A stretch of DNA of 64,000 bases from an uncultured Methanosarcinaceae archaeon (GCA_963727895.1 CAVSHT010000009.1:320001-384000); one strand, 5' to 3'. Shown: positions 21,614 to 33,143, counted from the stretch's first letter. Notes: generated by a model from the letters alone, not told the origin. Numbers and translations are program-made.

Positions 21614-22402
21614 ATGAACAGTGTCCTTCTTAAATTGATTTTTCTCTCCGAAAGAAGAAAAGATCTTATTTTATTTTTGAGGAGGGGACCAAAATCGATT
21701 TCAAGTATCAAAGAAAGTTTGGATGTAGGATTAGTAGCAATTCTTCCCCAAATAAAAAAGCTGAGAGAAAGTTCTCTAATTTTTAGGACTGGCGACGTCT
21801 ACAATTTATCCCCTCTTGGGATAGCGATAGCTGATAGGATGCAGCCAGTAGTTGATGTTTTAAACCTTTTTGAAAGTAACTATGAATACTGGATAAATCA
21901 TGCCGTTGATTCCATACCCTATCCTTTACGGAAAAGAATAGGAGAGCTGGCTAACTGTACATTTTCAGAACCTCCTGACAGAACGCACCTCTTTGAACCT
22001 CATAGGGAATTTGTAGAAAACCTTATGAAATCAAAAAAAATAAAGGGTATTGTCTCTATTTTTCACCCCCTTTATCCATCCTTTTTCCTTAATTTTGCAA
22101 AAAATGGTGTGGAAGTATCTCTTCTTGTAACGCTCCCAGTTTATGAAAGAATAACAGAAGAATACGAAGCCGAAATAAATGAATTTCTTAAATTTGAAAA
22201 TGTCAGTTTTTACGTTTGTAACCAAAAAATAGAATTTGCTTATGCAGTTACTGACAGGTTCCTTTCTCTGACTCTACCTTTTTCTGACGGCACTTACGAC
22301 CATAAAGAAGATGTTATCTGTTTTGACTCGGATGCCCTTCAGTGGGGAAAAGACCTTTTTACTTACTACATAAACATTTCTGAAAAAATAACTAAGATTT
22401 AA
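21614..22402 (+). CDS. Methanosarcina ArsR-like winged-helix/DUF1724 regulator
   Basis: SERRKDLILFL..ILPQIKKL..YWINH..ALQWG; paralog of the genes at 43138 and 44107. Confidence 0.85.
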   Translation: MNSVLLKLIFLSERRKDLILFLRRGPKSISSIKESLDVGLVAILPQIKKLRESSLIFRTGDVYNLSPLGIAIADRMQPVVDVLNLFESNYEYWINHAVDSIPYPLRKRIGELANCTFSEPPDRTHLFEPHREFVENLMKSKKIKGIVSIFHPLYPSFFLNFAKNGVEVSLLVTLPVYERITEEYEAEINEFLKFENVSFYVCNQKIEFAYAVTDRFLSLTLPFSDGTYDHKEDVICFDSDALQWGKDLFTYYINISEKITKI

Positions 22403-22474
22403 ATTTCTTGCAGATTTCGTTCACGGAACAGCCGGAAGATAGTTATAAATTTCACCCTCACCATCTTTTATTCT

Positions 22475-23398
22475 ATGCAAAATTTTCAGGAAACCACAGA
22501 AAAAATCCGGACAATGGAGATTCGAGGTGCAGGCAGGATTGCAAAAGCTGCTGCTGAAGCTATCAGAGATTATGCCGCAGGGCTAGATGCAGCTTCAATG
22601 CAAGAATTCAGTGACAGAATAAAAGAAGTCTCGGATATTCTTATAAGCACACGCCCTACTGCCGTTTCCCTCCCAAATGCTGTAAAACTCTCTTCAAAGT
22701 ATTCTTCAGCAAATGTGGAGGACGCAAGGCAGGAAATCATTAAAAACGCAAATATTTTTATAGAGAGAGCCGACAGAGCCCTTGGAAAAATCGGAAAAAT
22801 CGGATCAAGAAGAATCCAGGACGGGGACGTTATTATGACCCACTGCAATTCCCATGCTGCTCTTTCAATCATCACCACAGCCTTTGAAAACGGGAAGGAG
22901 ATTTCAGTAATTGCTACCGAAAGCCGTCCCAGGCGCCAGGGCTTATTGACAATTCGTCACCTCAATGATTTTGGGATTCCCACTACTCTTATCGTAGATT
23001 CTGCTGTGCATTATTATATGAAAGAGGTGGATAAAGTCGTTGTCGGAGCTGATGCTATTGCAGCTAATGGTGCGCTGGTAAATAAAATTGGAACATCTCA
23101 GCTTGCACTTGCAGCCCATGAAAACAGAAAAAGCTTCATGGTTGCTGCCGAAACCTTCAAGTTTAGCCCGAGCACGATTGTCGGAAACCCCATCGAAATA
23201 GAAGAAAGAGCAGCAGAAGAAGTCATAGATCCTACAATATTAAAAGAGCTTTCTCATGTACAGGTAAGAAATCCAGCTTTTGACTTTACTCCTGCCGAAT
23301 ATATAGATATAATCGTAACCGATATAGGGATCATTCCACCTGCAATGGCTTATACCGTGATTAAAGAACATCTTGGATGGGAGCTTGGAGAAATTTAA
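22475..23398 (+). CDS. Ribose-1,5-bisphosphate isomerase (eIF2B-like)
   Basis: MEIRGAGRIA, TRPTAVSL, THCNS, ESRP, NKIGT. Confidence 0.9.
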   Translation: MQNFQETTEKIRTMEIRGAGRIAKAAAEAIRDYAAGLDAASMQEFSDRIKEVSDILISTRPTAVSLPNAVKLSSKYSSANVEDARQEIIKNANIFIERADRALGKIGKIGSRRIQDGDVIMTHCNSHAALSIITTAFENGKEISVIATESRPRRQGLLTIRHLNDFGIPTTLIVDSAVHYYMKEVDKVVVGADAIAANGALVNKIGTSQLALAAHENRKSFMVAAETFKFSPSTIVGNPIEIEERAAEEVIDPTILKELSHVQVRNPAFDFTPAEYIDIIVTDIGIIPPAMAYTVIKEHLGWELGEI

Positions 23399-23425
23399 AA
23401 ATAAAAAAGAAATTAAAGGGAGAAA

Positions 23426-24031
23426 TCAAAGAGGAGAAGTCAGGCTTGACTCTTCTTCTCTGAACTTAGGGTAAGACAGATGAGAAGTTGAGACCAATTT
23501 TCCAAGATCTCTTGCTTTTTCGAGTAGGCTAGGCCTGAACGAGACTTCAAGTTTGTCCGTACCAGCCGCAATAAAGGTTTCCAGAACATCAAAACCTAGA
23601 TAATAAAGAAGACCTGCTGTATACTCAAAATATGGTTTGAAAGCCTCCACATCAGAAATACCCTGAGAAAAGACAAGAATCAGTTTTTTATTATCAAGCC
23701 TGCTTGAAAAATTAGGTTTTAAAAACGCTGTCAAACGGTCTACAAAAAGTTTAGTCTGAGCAGTCATCTGCCACATGTAAATAGGAGTTCCAAGTACAAC
23801 AACGTCAGCAGCCTCTATTTCTAGATAAATTTTTTGCATGTCATCTACTATAAGACAGATGCCAGATTCCTTACACCTGCCACAGGCATCACAACCTTTG
23901 ATATTTAGAGAAGCAAGATTGTAAATTACTTTTTCTGCATTGTTTTCGGTAGCTCCATCTAAAATTGCATTTACAAGTTTTGCAGTGTTTCCATTGATAT
24001 TTGGACTACCCACCAATCCAAGAATTTTAAT
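23426..24031 (-). CDS. Iron-sulfur flavoprotein/flavodoxin family protein
   Basis: KILGLVGSP..GNT and CDACGRC-x5-C; the family-type N-terminus starts at ATT 24031, 7 nt after GGGGG (alternative ATG 24100). Confidence 0.8.
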   Translation of the reverse strand: MKILGLVGSPNINGNTAKLVNAILDGATENNAEKVIYNLASLNIKGCDACGRCKESGICLIVDDMQKIYLEIEAADVVVLGTPIYMWQMTAQTKLFVDRLTAFLKPNFSSRLDNKKLILVFSQGISDVEAFKPYFEYTAGLLYYLGFDVLETFIAAGTDKLEVSFRPSLLEKARDLGKLVSTSHLSYPKFREEESSLTSPL

Positions 24032-24316
24032 GTTAAGACCCCCGTTAAAACATTTAAAAAGGTAGAATATCAAACAGTACAATAAAAGTATAAATGGCAT
24101 AAGACCATAAAAAAGTTTCTATTGTATATATAATAAAACAAATTCTGGTAAAATTTTAGAATAAAGACAAAATTCTTTTTGAACTTACATTTCTTATCAT
24201 TACGACCTCAAAAGTAAAATACAACAATAATCGAAACGGAATTAAGTATTTCAGCTTGCCTACTGGATTAATGAACCCGAAACAGTAATAAGGAATCTTT
24301 GCAATTTACATTTTCG

Positions 24317-24832
24317 ATGACTCTTCTATCCAGCATTGAACTGAGAAAACTTATACAGGCAAAGCCTTCGTTGCTTGAAAACGCGGTGGATATAGAAACC
24401 CAGATTCAGCCTAATGGACTTGAACTTACTCTCAAAGAGATAAGAACAATAGAAGGTTCTGGAGCTGTAGATTTTGATAACTCTGACAGAAAGCTTCCAG
24501 ATGGAAAAAACATTGAATTTGGGAGTGATGATTGGGTTCATTTGTCCAAGGGAATATATAAAGTATTATTTAATGAAATCGTAAATATTCCAAAGAACCT
24601 GGCTGCAATTGCGAAGCCTCGATCGACCCTTATTCGCTGTGGAGCCACACTTGAAACAGCAGTATGGGATGCAGGATACAGAGGACGCAGCGAATCAATG
24701 TTAGTAGTCTACAACGAGGCAGGCTTTAAGCTGAAGAAAAACGCGCGAATTATGCAACTTTTATTCTATACCCTGGATACAGAAGTGGAAGAAGGGTATT
24801 CAGGAATTTACCAAAACGAAAATACAAAATGA
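24317..24832 (+). CDS. dut: Archaeal dUTPase (dCTP deaminase family)
   Basis: QIQPNG.EL, PRSTLIRCG, AVWDAGYRG, YSGIYQ. Confidence 0.85.
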   Translation: MTLLSSIELRKLIQAKPSLLENAVDIETQIQPNGLELTLKEIRTIEGSGAVDFDNSDRKLPDGKNIEFGSDDWVHLSKGIYKVLFNEIVNIPKNLAAIAKPRSTLIRCGATLETAVWDAGYRGRSESMLVVYNEAGFKLKKNARIMQLLFYTLDTEVEEGYSGIYQNENTK

Positions 24833-25029
24833 GTTTCTATAAAGCTTTGTAAACTCTGGGTTATACATTTAAAATATTATTACAGATTATAAGCTTTTTA
24901 GAAATTAAATATAAGCTTTTTAGCCTCCAATTTATGAAAAATGGTTTTTAAGAATATAAATGAAAGGAAATGTAAGTTTTGGTTTCTTGGAAAATATACC
25001 AATAAAGTATTTATCATCTAATTCGTAAT

Positions 25030-25836
25030 ATGCAGGCTATGAACACTATAGGTAAATCCGTGAGGATGGAGCGTATTTTCAATCGAAATACTGGTAATGC
25101 TATTATTATTCCTATGGACCACGGAGTTGGTGCAGGTCCGATTGCAGGACTAAAAAATCTTCAGGAAGCCGTAAACAAGGTTGCAGAAGGAGGAGCAAAT
25201 GCTGTACTGGGTCATATGGGGCTTGCAAAATACGGCCACCGTGGATATGGACATGATGTTGGTCTTATAATACATCTTTCGGCTTCAACTTCCCTTTCCC
25301 CTGATCCAAATCATAAAGTTCTGGTAACAACAGTAGAAGAAGCCATAAAAGTTGGAGCCGACGCAGTATCAGTTCATGTAAATGTTGGAGCTGAAGATGA
25401 GTACGAGATGCTACAGGGATTAGGATATGTGGCAGGAAAGTGCGATGAATGGGGAATGCCTCTTCTTGCAATGATGTACCCTCGTGGAAAAAAAGTTCGC
25501 TCTGAATATGATGTAGATGTTGTAAAACATGCAGCCAGAGTAGGAGCCGAACTTGGAGCCGATATAGTAAAAACAAACTATACAGGAAGTCCCGAGACTT
25601 TTAAAGAAGTAGTTGAAGGCTGTCCTGTACCTGTAATAATTGCAGGAGGCCCAAAAATGGATTCTGAACAGGAATTACTAGAAATGATTGAAAGCTCTCT
25701 TAAAGCCGGAGGAAAAGGAGTTGCCATAGGAAGAAATGTTTTCCAATCCAAGGATCCAATAAGTCTTGTTCAGAAAATATCAAAAGTGGTTCATGAAGGC
25801 GTAAGCGTAGAAGAGTTATTGAAGAAAGAGTTATAA
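25030..25836 (+). CDS. DhnA-type class I aldolase (ADH synthase AroA' or FBP aldolase)
   Basis: [29 protein letters not shown]. Confidence 0.85.
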   Translation: MQAMNTIGKSVRMERIFNRNTGNAIIIPMDHGVGAGPIAGLKNLQEAVNKVAEGGANAVLGHMGLAKYGHRGYGHDVGLIIHLSASTSLSPDPNHKVLVTTVEEAIKVGADAVSVHVNVGAEDEYEMLQGLGYVAGKCDEWGMPLLAMMYPRGKKVRSEYDVDVVKHAARVGAELGADIVKTNYTGSPETFKEVVEGCPVPVIIAGGPKMDSEQELLEMIESSLKAGGKGVAIGRNVFQSKDPISLVQKISKVVHEGVSVEELLKKEL

Positions 25837-26765
25837 TTTTTCAGAGAGATATTCCAGAAAAACAAAAAAAAATAAATATTATATAAAAGTGAAATCTTGG
25901 TAATTGGAATATCTTACTCTCGTTTTTGAATTTTATTTTAGTTTATTTTAGTTTATTTTATTGTATTTTAGATACCTATTTTTAAATTTATTAACCCAAA
26001 AGTCCCTAATTTAACTCTCTGTTCTAAATCAATATTTTGAAAATTACTCAAAAGAGACTCTTTTTTGAATTTACCGTTTTTGAAGCCTAATTTTAGACTT
26101 TCAGTTTAGAATAATTAAAGTGTGTAAGTCCTGATAGAATTAAACTAAATGTTATATATATTCCATGAAGAAACAGCGGATAATCTGTAGATTCCAGTGG
26201 AAATAAATGGGTACTAAATTAATCAGGAAAGAAACGAAAATATGAGAGAAAAAAGAACAACTGAACAAATTTTGAAGCTAAGTAAGTGAACCATAGAAAA
26301 ATTATAAAAAATATTATTTGATAGAAGAATAATTCTGGCATTTTAACAATCAAATTCGAAAGTAAAGAGAAAACTGCATTATATGAAAGTAAAAATAGAT
26401 GAGACAAATTGAGGAATAATTACAGGTTAAATGGATAGTATATAGAGATGAAATAAAAAAAGAGAAATCAAATAATTATAGATAGTCAAGAGAAATAACC
26501 TATACAATATTCCAGTAGAAATAAAGGGGTCCCTCTTAAAGAAGAAAAACGACATCAAATGATCTATTGTGCAAAAAAAGAGATTCAAAAGGCATCATAA
26601 AAACAAAAATCGTTCACATTAACAATTAATAAAAATAATAGTAGAATTCAATTATTTTGAGAGTAAAATGAGAATCAAGTTCAGATTGAAGAAATAAGAG
26701 TTAGATAATAAAAATAAAGTTATATATAGACTTAAAAAAGAAAAACAAAAAAAAAGTAGAATACA

Positions 26766-27761
26766 TTAAAGGTCAACAAAAGGAACGAGATCACAGCCTG
26801 TACACTTCAAGCACATGGTCTTTGCAAGTTTAGGATTAAGTCCATATTTCGTGAGGATTTTAGCTTCCATTTTAGCAAGTTTTAAAAGGCGATCTGGAGA
26901 CGGACGTTCTGTAAAACAGTCTCCTTTCCTTAGAGGATGTGGGTTTACAGGTCGCAGGACAGGAATTACACCCATTTTTGCAAGGGTCTCGATCCCATCC
27001 CTGACAGAATCATCACTTTCTCCAAGGCCTATTATAAAATTAGTAAAAACCCGATTTGTTCCAAAAATATCTACAGCCTCCTTGAGTCTATCCAGAATAT
27101 AACTCAGAGAAAGGTCCCCACAAACTTTTTTGAAAATCTCCCTGTCCATAGTTTCAACATTATACTTAACTTCAGAAGCCCCTGCTTCATAGAATTTCCT
27201 GGAACAGCCCTCGGTTGGATACACAGAAACCCCAATCGGAACATTGTATTTTTTCAGAGCAGGAAGCAATTTGAGTACACGTTCAACCTCTCCTTCTATT
27301 GAGGTTTCAACACCTGAAGTAAGAGAGATCGCTTTCAGGTTTCCTGCTTGTAATACCTCGTCAACTATGCTAAGAACTTCTTCTTCATTCTTAACATGAC
27401 CCTGTAATTTTGGTACAGAACAGTATTTACAGTCAAATATACACCTTTCGCACAGGGTTATGAAAGCTTGTTCAGGGCAGTGTGCAAGTGCAGGCTCAAG
27501 TTTTCCTCTTGCAAGTTCTTTGCCTTCATAGAAAAGTGCAACATTTCCTTCATTATCGAGCTTCTGAATCGAAAGCGAGGAATTTTTTTTTATGCTAAGC
27601 CTTACCCGTTTTTCTCCCGATTTGAAGAAAACCGAACTTGTACCTGCCCCAGGACCCGCTGTCGATCCCCGAGCTCTTGGGATAAGTGAAGAATCTACAG
27701 AAACTGACCCTATGGAAACAAGAAAAGCTTTAGTTTCCGGTGTAATTGGCTTGCTTTGCAT
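26766..27761 (-). CDS. Radical SAM protein (biotin-synthase-like, function unknown)
   Basis: CIFDCKYC motif, N-terminal STAGPGAG, C-terminal CLKCTGCD. Confidence 0.85.
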   Translation of the reverse strand: MQSKPITPETKAFLVSIGSVSVDSSLIPRARGSTAGPGAGTSSVFFKSGEKRVRLSIKKNSSLSIQKLDNEGNVALFYEGKELARGKLEPALAHCPEQAFITLCERCIFDCKYCSVPKLQGHVKNEEEVLSIVDEVLQAGNLKAISLTSGVETSIEGEVERVLKLLPALKKYNVPIGVSVYPTEGCSRKFYEAGASEVKYNVETMDREIFKKVCGDLSLSYILDRLKEAVDIFGTNRVFTNFIIGLGESDDSVRDGIETLAKMGVIPVLRPVNPHPLRKGDCFTERPSPDRLLKLAKMEAKILTKYGLNPKLAKTMCLKCTGCDLVPFVDL

Positions 27762-28120
27762 GCAAATGCTCCTTAGAGTGATTATAAAATAACTACGAAT
27801 AATTATTGCTCGAAAGAAATGAGTAAATGTATCAGGTTGCGTGTTTCAAATTTAATGGAGTTCATAATTTCAGAGGATTCTAGAGAGCCATTTATTAAGA
27901 GATATATAAAAGATTCGATTAATAGAATTTAGCTTGTCTCCTGCCAACAAAAAAAGCAGAGTAGCTATATTCATAAAGATACACAAGTTATGTACACAAG
28001 TTATATTGATAAAATAATGTTAGAGTAACGGACTGAAATAATAACAGTATGTTAATGTCTGGAAGATAGGATAATAATTAGTGTTAAAAATAATATATAC
28101 TGTTGATGTATAGTATTAAT

Positions 28121-28300
28121 TGCGTTCTCATTAACTTAACACCCCACTAGTCAACAAATACTCCAGAAAGGGATAAAATGGAAAGAGAATTAAAACTCAC
28201 ACATCCATGAGTCTAGTACCTCAATATCTCTTCCCAAATAAACAAAATCTCTTAAAGCCTTTTGGAACTTCCAGGTTTTTGGATGAGAACGCATCTATTT
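28121..28300 (+). ncRNA. Candidate structured RNA with paired 5' and 3' ends
   Basis: TATA-like AATATATA 28092-28099; TGCGTTCTCAT (28121-28131) pairs perfectly with ATGAGAACGCA (28283-28293). Confidence 0.45.
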
Positions 28301-28586
28301 TACAGAAATTATGCCAATATTTTTCCTTTATGATTACTTCACCTTTCATATCCACTTCTCTCGTAATGGAAAAATAACAGTGCCAAAAATTAATTATTTT
28401 TGAGTTCATAGTGAATTATTTGTGATTAGAACCAAAACTATCGATTCACGGCATTTAATATTAAAAATGACAGCCCACTGAAAAGCTGAAACTCTGGTAT
28501 CAATACTAATTTTATATATATCAATAAATAGATTATACCCACTAAACCATCTAGACAATTTTATTGTATGAGAGAAGGAGAAAAAC

Positions 28587-29699
28587 ATGAAAGTCATTAT
28601 CATAGGAGGTTTTCTCGGAAGTGGGAAAACAACTACCATACTGAAAATTATCGAGCAGCTCAGTAATGCAGGGAAAAAAACCGCAATTATTGTAAACGAA
28701 ATAGGAGAAATTGGGCTAGATGGAGATACTCTCACAAGTCCTGGGATTATAACTAAAGAGCTTACAAGCGGCTGTATTTGCTGTACACTCAGGATAAACA
28801 TGCAGTATACCCTTCAGACACTTGAAGAAGAGTTTATGCCTGACATTGTTATTATCGAACCGACAGGGATTGCTTTCCCGGGACAAATAAGAGAAGAAAT
28901 CGAAACAATGGGACTTTCAGAACTTTCCTTTGCCCCCATAATAACTCTTGTAGATCCTGGAAGATTTGGAACAGAGGCAAAAGAGATACCAAGGTTTATA
29001 GAGACACAGATAAAAGACGCTGAAATTCTCTGCATTAATAAAATCGATGTAACACCCATAGAAACTGTTCTGACTACGGAGAAAATGCTCTATGAGATAA
29101 ACCCTGAAGCTCAGATTCTGAAATTTTCCGCAAAACATCAGGATGAACAATTTGAAAAGCTACTTTTCCATCTCGCCGTACCTGGATTTAAAAAGCCTTA
29201 TAAGGAAAAGAAAAATTCCATTGAGCTTTCTGAAGTTTCGGCTTACTCAGTACTTTATATCCTTGAATCACATAATTTCAGTCCCGAAGAAAGCATTCGT
29301 TTTATAAAAGATAACCTTCAATTAATTCAGAATAAAGTTAAGGAGATAAATCCTGAATTTGTAGGGCATGTAAAACTTTCCATGAAATTTCCAGAATATA
29401 TAATAAAAGGCAGTGTAACCTCATCTGAAGAGACACCTCAGACAGAAATTATTCAACATAGGAAAAATGAAAAACTTGGAATCAAATTACTTTCTGCGGT
29501 TACAAAGGTTCCGAAAAATAAACTCATAAAGATAATTGAAAGTACTCTTGAAGAGAATCTCAGAGAGTCCGGATTCAGATTTGAAAAAGAAGTTCATGAT
29601 CATGGCATTGAAAGTCATGATGAACATGGAAATAAACACAAAAATGAACAAATCTGTATGATTGAGAAATACAAGAAAGAGAATGAAAATAGTGTGTAA
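28587..29699 (+). CDS. CobW/COG0523-like G3E GTPase metallochaperone with His-rich tail
   Basis: GGFLGSGKTT, GCICC, EPTG, NKID; HDHGIESHDEHGNKH. Confidence 0.85.
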   Translation: MKVIIIGGFLGSGKTTTILKIIEQLSNAGKKTAIIVNEIGEIGLDGDTLTSPGIITKELTSGCICCTLRINMQYTLQTLEEEFMPDIVIIEPTGIAFPGQIREEIETMGLSELSFAPIITLVDPGRFGTEAKEIPRFIETQIKDAEILCINKIDVTPIETVLTTEKMLYEINPEAQILKFSAKHQDEQFEKLLFHLAVPGFKKPYKEKKNSIELSEVSAYSVLYILESHNFSPEESIRFIKDNLQLIQNKVKEINPEFVGHVKLSMKFPEYIIKGSVTSSEETPQTEIIQHRKNEKLGIKLLSAVTKVPKNKLIKIIESTLEENLRESGFRFEKEVHDHGIESHDEHGNKHKNEQICMIEKYKKENENSV

Positions 29700-29821
29700 A
29701 TTTCAACTTAAAGCTAAGATGAAAATTTAAGATATAAGAGAAAGAGTTACAATCGCACTTATTCTTTTTGGAACGTTATAAGGATCCCAATAGGATAAAT
29801 AAAAAAGAATGGAGATTCAAC

Positions 29822-30130
29822 ATGAGCGAAGAAATTGATGATCTTGATGTTTATTTCGCCAAAAAAAGTGAACCTACTGAAGGTGAAGCTATTAAATTGG
29901 AACATATGATGATGGAAAAAGTTTCCATGAATCCTGCAAGAAGAAAGCTTATTCGGATAGTCGGAGTTTTTGGAAAAACTGAAAAACAATTAAAAGAAGA
30001 ATCCGGATTGAACGATTTCTTCTTTAAGTTCCATATGGACTTTATGATAAAAGAAGGTTTCCTGAAATTTGAAGAAGGAATGTACCACTTGACTTCAACC
30101 GGAATTGCTATGCACGATTCAGTTTGTTGA
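29822..30130 (+). CDS. Small winged-helix-like hypothetical protein
   Basis: GGAG RBS; NPARRKLI..FHMDFM..GFL..YHLT..G pattern. Confidence 0.7.
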   Translation: MSEEIDDLDVYFAKKSEPTEGEAIKLEHMMMEKVSMNPARRKLIRIVGVFGKTEKQLKEESGLNDFFFKFHMDFMIKEGFLKFEEGMYHLTSTGIAMHDSVC

Positions 30131-30375
30131 ATAACTTTTTTTCAACTTTCCATTTATCATTTATTTATAATTTTCAATTACATGTATTTAGTTGTCTGCT
30201 GATTAACTCCACCTTGATTTTTGAACATTGCCTCTTGATAAAAAGCGATAAGTTTTTATGGTTGTTTTGTTAATGGCGTTATGATCAAATTTTTCGATAT
30301 CCTATGGAAGTTTCAAAAACGACCTATATAATTTCCAGGTATATATCGAGCAATCAAAAAGGAGCGTGAAGAAAT

Positions 30376-30558
30376 ATGCCAGCAATAGTTAACGCAGATG
30401 AATGTTCAGGATGCGGAACATGTGTCGATGAATGCCCCTCTGAAGCAATTACCCTTGATGAAGGAAAGGGAATCGCAGTAGTCGACCAGGATGAATGCGT
30501 AGAATGCGGCGCATGCGAAGAAGCATGTCCAAACCAGGCAATTAAAGTAGAAGAGTAA
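30376..30558 (+). CDS. 2[4Fe-4S] ferredoxin
   Basis: Two CxxCxxCxxxCP motifs, acidic, GGAG RBS. Confidence 0.95.
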   Translation: MPAIVNADECSGCGTCVDECPSEAITLDEGKGIAVVDQDECVECGACEEACPNQAIKVEE

Positions 30559-30636
30559 AACGGTAATTCTTTGGAATAATTTATTTATTCCAATTTTCTT
30601 TTTCCTTTTTATCAATAAATTTTGTCAAATAATTTA

Positions 30637-30698
30637 TAATAACTTTTAATAACTTTTAATAACTTTTAATAACTTTTAATAACTTTTAATAACTTTTA
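30637..30698. repeat. 10-bp tandem repeat (TAATAACTTT) x ~6
   Basis: Perfect units between TTTATA (30633) and the asd RBS GGAGG (30706). Confidence 0.95.
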
Positions 30699-30721
30699 TC
30701 TTTCCGGAGGTAGCTTTTTAG

Positions 30722-31750
30722 ATGGTAACAATTAAAGCGGGTATTTTAGGTGCCACAGGCACTGTCGGGCAGAGATTTGTAGAAGCACTTGCAAACCACC
30801 CCTGGTTTGAGATTACAGCCCTTGCAGCATCTGAGAGAAGCGCCGGAAAAACATATAAAGATGCCGCAGGCTGGAGATTAGATACAGCTATGCCGGAAAG
30901 CGTTGAAGATATCAAGGTTGTCCCGGTAGATCCAAAAGCCGTAGATGCAGATGTGGTTTTCTCGGCACTTCCTGCAGACCTTGCTATGAAAGTTGAACCC
31001 GAGTTTGCAAAAGCCGGATTTGCAGTGGCAAGCAATGCCTCATCCTATAGAATGGAAAAAGATATTCCACTCGTGATTCCTGAAGTAAACCCAGAACATC
31101 TCGGGCTTCTTGAAGTTCAACAGGATGCAAGAGGCTGGGACGGATATATAATAACAAATCCAAACTGCTCTACAATTGTCATGACCGTTACCTTAAAGCC
31201 CCTTATGCAATTTGGGCTAGAGACCATACAGGTAGCCACAATGCAAGCAATTTCAGGAGCCGGATTTTCGGGAATTGCCGCAATGGCAATCTATGACAAT
31301 GTAGTTCCATACATAGGAAACGAAGAAAATAAGATGGAAACTGAAACCTTAAAACTTCTTGGAGAGTTTAATGGCTCTGAAATTATGCCTGCAGATATGA
31401 CAGTTAGCGCTTCCTGCAATAGAGTCCCTGTTATCGACGGACATACTGAAGCTATCTGGGCTGGAATGAAGGATAAACCAACCCCAGAAGAAGTAAGAAA
31501 AGCTTTTCTGGACTTTGACCCCAAGCTGAGAAACCTTCCTTCTGAACCCGATAAAGCACTAATAGTAAGAGACGAAATTGACAGACCTCAACCTCGTCTC
31601 GACCGCAACATGGGAAAAGGCATGAGCGTCTCGGTTGGCCGTATAAGAGAAGGAATCCGTTACATAGCAATGGGACATAACACTATACGCGGAGCAGCAG
31701 GAGCAAGTGTATTGAATGCGGAACTTCTGCATTCTATGGGTAAACTTTAA
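30722..31750 (+). CDS. asd: Aspartate-semialdehyde dehydrogenase
   Basis: [30 protein letters not shown]. Confidence 0.96.
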   Translation: MVTIKAGILGATGTVGQRFVEALANHPWFEITALAASERSAGKTYKDAAGWRLDTAMPESVEDIKVVPVDPKAVDADVVFSALPADLAMKVEPEFAKAGFAVASNASSYRMEKDIPLVIPEVNPEHLGLLEVQQDARGWDGYIITNPNCSTIVMTVTLKPLMQFGLETIQVATMQAISGAGFSGIAAMAIYDNVVPYIGNEENKMETETLKLLGEFNGSEIMPADMTVSASCNRVPVIDGHTEAIWAGMKDKPTPEEVRKAFLDFDPKLRNLPSEPDKALIVRDEIDRPQPRLDRNMGKGMSVSVGRIREGIRYIAMGHNTIRGAAGASVLNAELLHSMGKL

Positions 31751-31897
31751 CTCCTGAATGGACTACGAATCAAATAAAATGAGAAGTGAAAAAATAAGAA
31801 GTAGAAGCCTAAATCAGACTTTTGCTTTCTAACTTTACTTTTCAATTTTGATACAAATTTTTTGCTTTTAAAGTTTATTTTTCACTTATAGAGACTT

Positions 31898-33088
31898 TCA
31901 GGAGAAAAGTTTTCTTGCAGTTTCTTCTGCCTTTCTAATAACTTCTTTTAGAGGGACACCGCTCTTTTTTGCGATTTTTTTGCAGTCCTCAAACTCGGCA
32001 GAAATATTAAGCAGTATACCTTCGGAGTCCCTCGCAATCTTAACCGCAGATTCATAGATCTGCCCTTCGACTTCAAATTTAACTAGCTCTATTTGTCTGG
32101 CAGCCATCAATCTGTGTCGCGTAGGAATAACTCTAATTCCCAAAGATCCTGTTTCGATAATGATTTTCCTGGCGAGTTTTGCAGTATCTTCAGGTTTTGC
32201 AATCACCTTTATAACGTGAGCAGGGCGACCTTTTTTCATTGTTGCCGGGATAATTGCAACATCTCTTGCCCCCATAGCAAGCAATTCTTCGAACAAATTA
32301 CCCAGAACTTCTCCGCTCACATCGTCAGCATTTGTTTCGAGCACCTCAATTATATCAGGAATCAAACAGGAATCAAGTTCTGATACAACTCCCTGAAGCA
32401 CATTGGGACCTGAAAGACCTGCATCTCCTGCGCCGTAACCTATTGAAATAACTCTTCCTTGAGGAAAAGATTCCACTGGTCTTGCGAAATGAGAAAGAAC
32501 AGCAGCTCCTGTAGGCGTAAGAAGCTCTTTTTTCTCAGCCCCTCCTGCAAAATAGAACTTTCCTCTTCTGAGAAGCTCAAGGGTTGCAGGCGCTGGCACA
32601 GGCATAACTCCATGTGCACATCTGGTTGTTCCACTGCCTACGTTAATAGGGGTACAGTAAATTGAATCGCAGCTGAGGGAATGGATAGCTGCTGAAGAGC
32701 CAATTATATCGGCAAGGGCATCACTCTGTCCAACTTCATGGAGATGAAGTTTCTCAAGGTCAGACTGCCCATGAACTGAAACTTCGGCTTCAGCCAGTTT
32801 CTGAAAAATATCAAGAGCACTTGCTTCTACCTTTGGGGGCAAGCTTGCGGACTTTACCACATCTATAAGTTCCGGATATGTGCGGACTGATTCTTTCTCA
32901 GGTACTTTAATCTGAACGTCCAGGGACTTTATTCCTGTTTTCACGATTTCTTTTATATCTACGGATACGTTGACAGAAGCTTCGATCAGTTCTTTTACCA
33001 TTTTTCGGTCAGCTCCAAGATCGAGAACGCAACCAAGAATCATATCTCCTGCTGCCCCTGAAAAAGGATTGAATACAAGCGCTTTCAT
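31898..33088 (-). CDS. larC: Nickel pincer cofactor biosynthesis protein LarC
   Basis: GAAGDM, HLHEVG..DA..DI, HG..PVPAPAT, ELLTPTG, MKKGRP. Confidence 0.9.
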   Translation of the reverse strand: MKALVFNPFSGAAGDMILGCVLDLGADRKMVKELIEASVNVSVDIKEIVKTGIKSLDVQIKVPEKESVRTYPELIDVVKSASLPPKVEASALDIFQKLAEAEVSVHGQSDLEKLHLHEVGQSDALADIIGSSAAIHSLSCDSIYCTPINVGSGTTRCAHGVMPVPAPATLELLRRGKFYFAGGAEKKELLTPTGAAVLSHFARPVESFPQGRVISIGYGAGDAGLSGPNVLQGVVSELDSCLIPDIIEVLETNADDVSGEVLGNLFEELLAMGARDVAIIPATMKKGRPAHVIKVIAKPEDTAKLARKIIIETGSLGIRVIPTRHRLMAARQIELVKFEVEGQIYESAVKIARDSEGILLNISAEFEDCKKIAKKSGVPLKEVIRKAEETARKLFS

Positions 33089-33143
33089 GAAAATTCCTTC
33101 CTGCATTTCGTTTTATTCTTTTCGTTTCCTTTCCCTATAAATC

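Noticed and set aside
25840..26760. Long AT-rich intergenic region with short ORFs and GTTTATTTTA repeats
   Set aside because: No consistent frame or structure; probably decayed DNA
28221..28409. Small minus-strand ORF (MKGEVIIKEK...)
   Set aside because: No homology cues and overlaps the plus-strand RNA candidate; not excluded
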